Below are positions 62,211 to 64,000 of a stretch of DNA of 64,000 bases, piece by piece (the first letter of the stretch is position 1; each line of letters opens with the position of its first letter). The notes beneath the pieces are model-generated. The model searched no databases, was not told the DNA's origin, and saw only the letters and a list, made by a program, of their open reading frames with translations. Source of the stretch: Eledone cirrhosa (taxonomy: Eukaryota); contig OZ024741.1 in NCBI GenBank assembly GCA_964016885.1, forward strand, positions 233,740,001 to 233,804,000, in the 5' to 3' direction. The translations under genes and the position numbers were made by a program.

Positions 62211-62410
62211 ATATTTTATTTAGGTTTGCTGGTTCACCACTGGATCGAACTGGTCATTCCATATGGTCAACCTCGATGTAATATTAGGGAGAGCACTCGA
62301 CGTAATGCAACTCACCCGTCTTCATTTGTATTGTTGGTGGTGCGAGTACGGAGTTAATTATTATAAAATAACAGGAGGCTGGACTGGTGTAATTCCTTAA
62401 AAGGTTTATT

Positions 62411-62468
62411 ATACTATGATCATTTCAGTGACCGGGTTCAGTTTGAATCTGGTGACATCATCAGGTAT
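62411..62468 (-). ncRNA. Type I minimal hammerhead ribozyme motif
   Basis: ATAC-CTGATGA-tGTcACCaGaTTCA-aac-TGAACCCGGTCACT-GAAA-T-GATC-A-TA-GTAT: perfect core, stem I, palindromic loop III; stem II has four mismatches. Confidence 0.68.
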
Positions 62469-63010
62469 TCGAAATTTAATAAAGGAATATAATAGACAAA
62501 ATCCATGGGGCTGAAAAGTAGAGACATGAGGGCGGCCAAACATTTAGCAGCTTCTAGCCCGGTCAACCGCCTTCATGTGATGATTATTAAGTCTTCTTAT
62601 GTCCTTCTGGTGAAGGAGCGTAGGCGTATAGTGTACTACTACCACCCCGTCATAGACAGAGGCTAGCGGGGAGATCAGGTTACATTCAAGCTGGTCAGAA
62701 GTGCTAGGAAGGGCCACAAAAAATATTTTATCAAGAAACATATATCTTTAACAAAGCTATATATAGTGGGCGTCTGCACAGTATATTGTAGGGTCAGAAA
62801 TTACGATTAACAATTAGAAATGTTAAATTTATGTTTAGAGTTAAAAGATGCCATTTAAAATGAAATTAGAAAAGTAAGATTTAGGTTTAAAGTTGGGAGA
62901 TTTAGTTAAAGAATTTACAGAAGGAGGCGTTTATGAAAAAGTTTAAGTGTATTATAGATAGTTACGATAAAGTTTCAGGGTAGAATATAGAGTAATGATT
63001 AAGGCCTTGC

Positions 63011-64000
63011 TTAGCGGTCATTAACCAGCCACGTGTCAACCGGCACAGCATCTCTCCACTTGTCACGGTCCTTCGTCATCTCTACCGTGTGCTTCAGCAA
63101 TCTGAGGTCTGTTCTCACCACCTCCGCCCATGTTTTTCGTGGTCTACCTCTACCACGTCTTCCTTCAACTGGCGTTTCCTGGCACTTCTTCACCTATCGG
63201 TCATCCTCCATGCGCATCACATCCATACCATCGTAGTCTCTTCTCTCGCACACTACAATTTATCCCTCTCAGACACAGTTTCTCTCTCAACACATCCATA
63301 CTCGGTCGTTCACGCACATTGACATTGCACATCCAATGGAGCATATTCGCCTCATTTCTCTCCAGCTGTTGCATATCCTCTGCACTTGCTGCCTATGTCT
63401 CACTACCATGCAGCATCGTGCTCCTCACACAGGCATCATATAACCGGCCTTTCGTACGCAGAGAGAAACCCTTCTTCGTCAGCAGAGGAAGCAGCTCCCT
63501 AAACTTCTTCCAACCCGAACATGGCCATTTCCCTGGTGGAATCAGAGTTTTGTCCTCTTTTCTACTTAACACTTTTGTCTTAGCTATATTCACTCTCATT
63601 CCTCTTGATTCCAACTGTTGTTTTCATAGCCAGAATTTATTCTCTAGCTCCTCTACTGATTCTGCTATAAGAACCAGATTGTCAGCATAGAGAAGTTCCC
63701 ACGGACAGCCAGTCTGTTCCCATGGACAGCCAGTTTTAAATTCCTCTGTTATGGCTTGGAGGACTATAATGAACAAGAGTGGGCTGAGGACCAAACCCTG
63801 ATGTACTCCTATTTGTATCTCGAATTCCTCACTAAACTCCATTCCTACCCTCATTTTACTGACAGCACCTCTGTACAAAGCTTGCAATGTCCTCACAAGC
63901 CATTCCTCAACACCTAGTTTCCTTAGGGACCACCAGATAACAGATCGGGGTACCCTATCAAAAGCCTTGCCTAGGTCAACAAAAGCTAAGTATAGTGGCT
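63011..64000 (-). mobile_element. RTE LINE 3' part, near-identical to 1-1080 with ~280-bp internal deletion
   Basis: 63177-64000 aligns with 1-1082; deletion junction at 63516/63517; 21-bp duplication (TGCPWEQTGCPWE). Confidence 0.94.

Overview
AT-rich, repeat-dense animal genomic DNA. It is most likely a coleoid cephalopod/octopod, inferred from the tRNA-derived SINE type, RTE LINEs with (GAT)n tails, long (TA)n tracts and a large single-exon C2H2 array. Most of the window is retroelement debris: more than 12 RTE-clade LINE copies (the main family carries a PHD-type finger inside the RT), several Penelope-like elements with hammerhead-ribozyme motifs, one CRE-type and one R4/Dong-type RLE retrotransposon, a mariner relic, SINEs and TTAA MITEs. 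Host genes: a small cluster of intronless CARD+Death-domain (RAIDD/CRADD-like architecture) genes at 13.5-21.7 kb (2 intact, 1 pseudogene, 2 5' relics) and a 14-finger C2H2 gene exon interrupted by four in-frame stops (48.4-50.6 kb). The most unusual object, invisible in the ORF track, is a 2.0-kb non-coding LTR retroelement (10260-12270; 349-bp LTRs, 4-bp TSD). Its primer-binding region is a tandem array of LTR-end plus 32-nt reverse-complemented tRNA-Trp 3' ends, with a mismatch exactly opposite m1A58. All alignments and identities were judged by eye; no searches were run.
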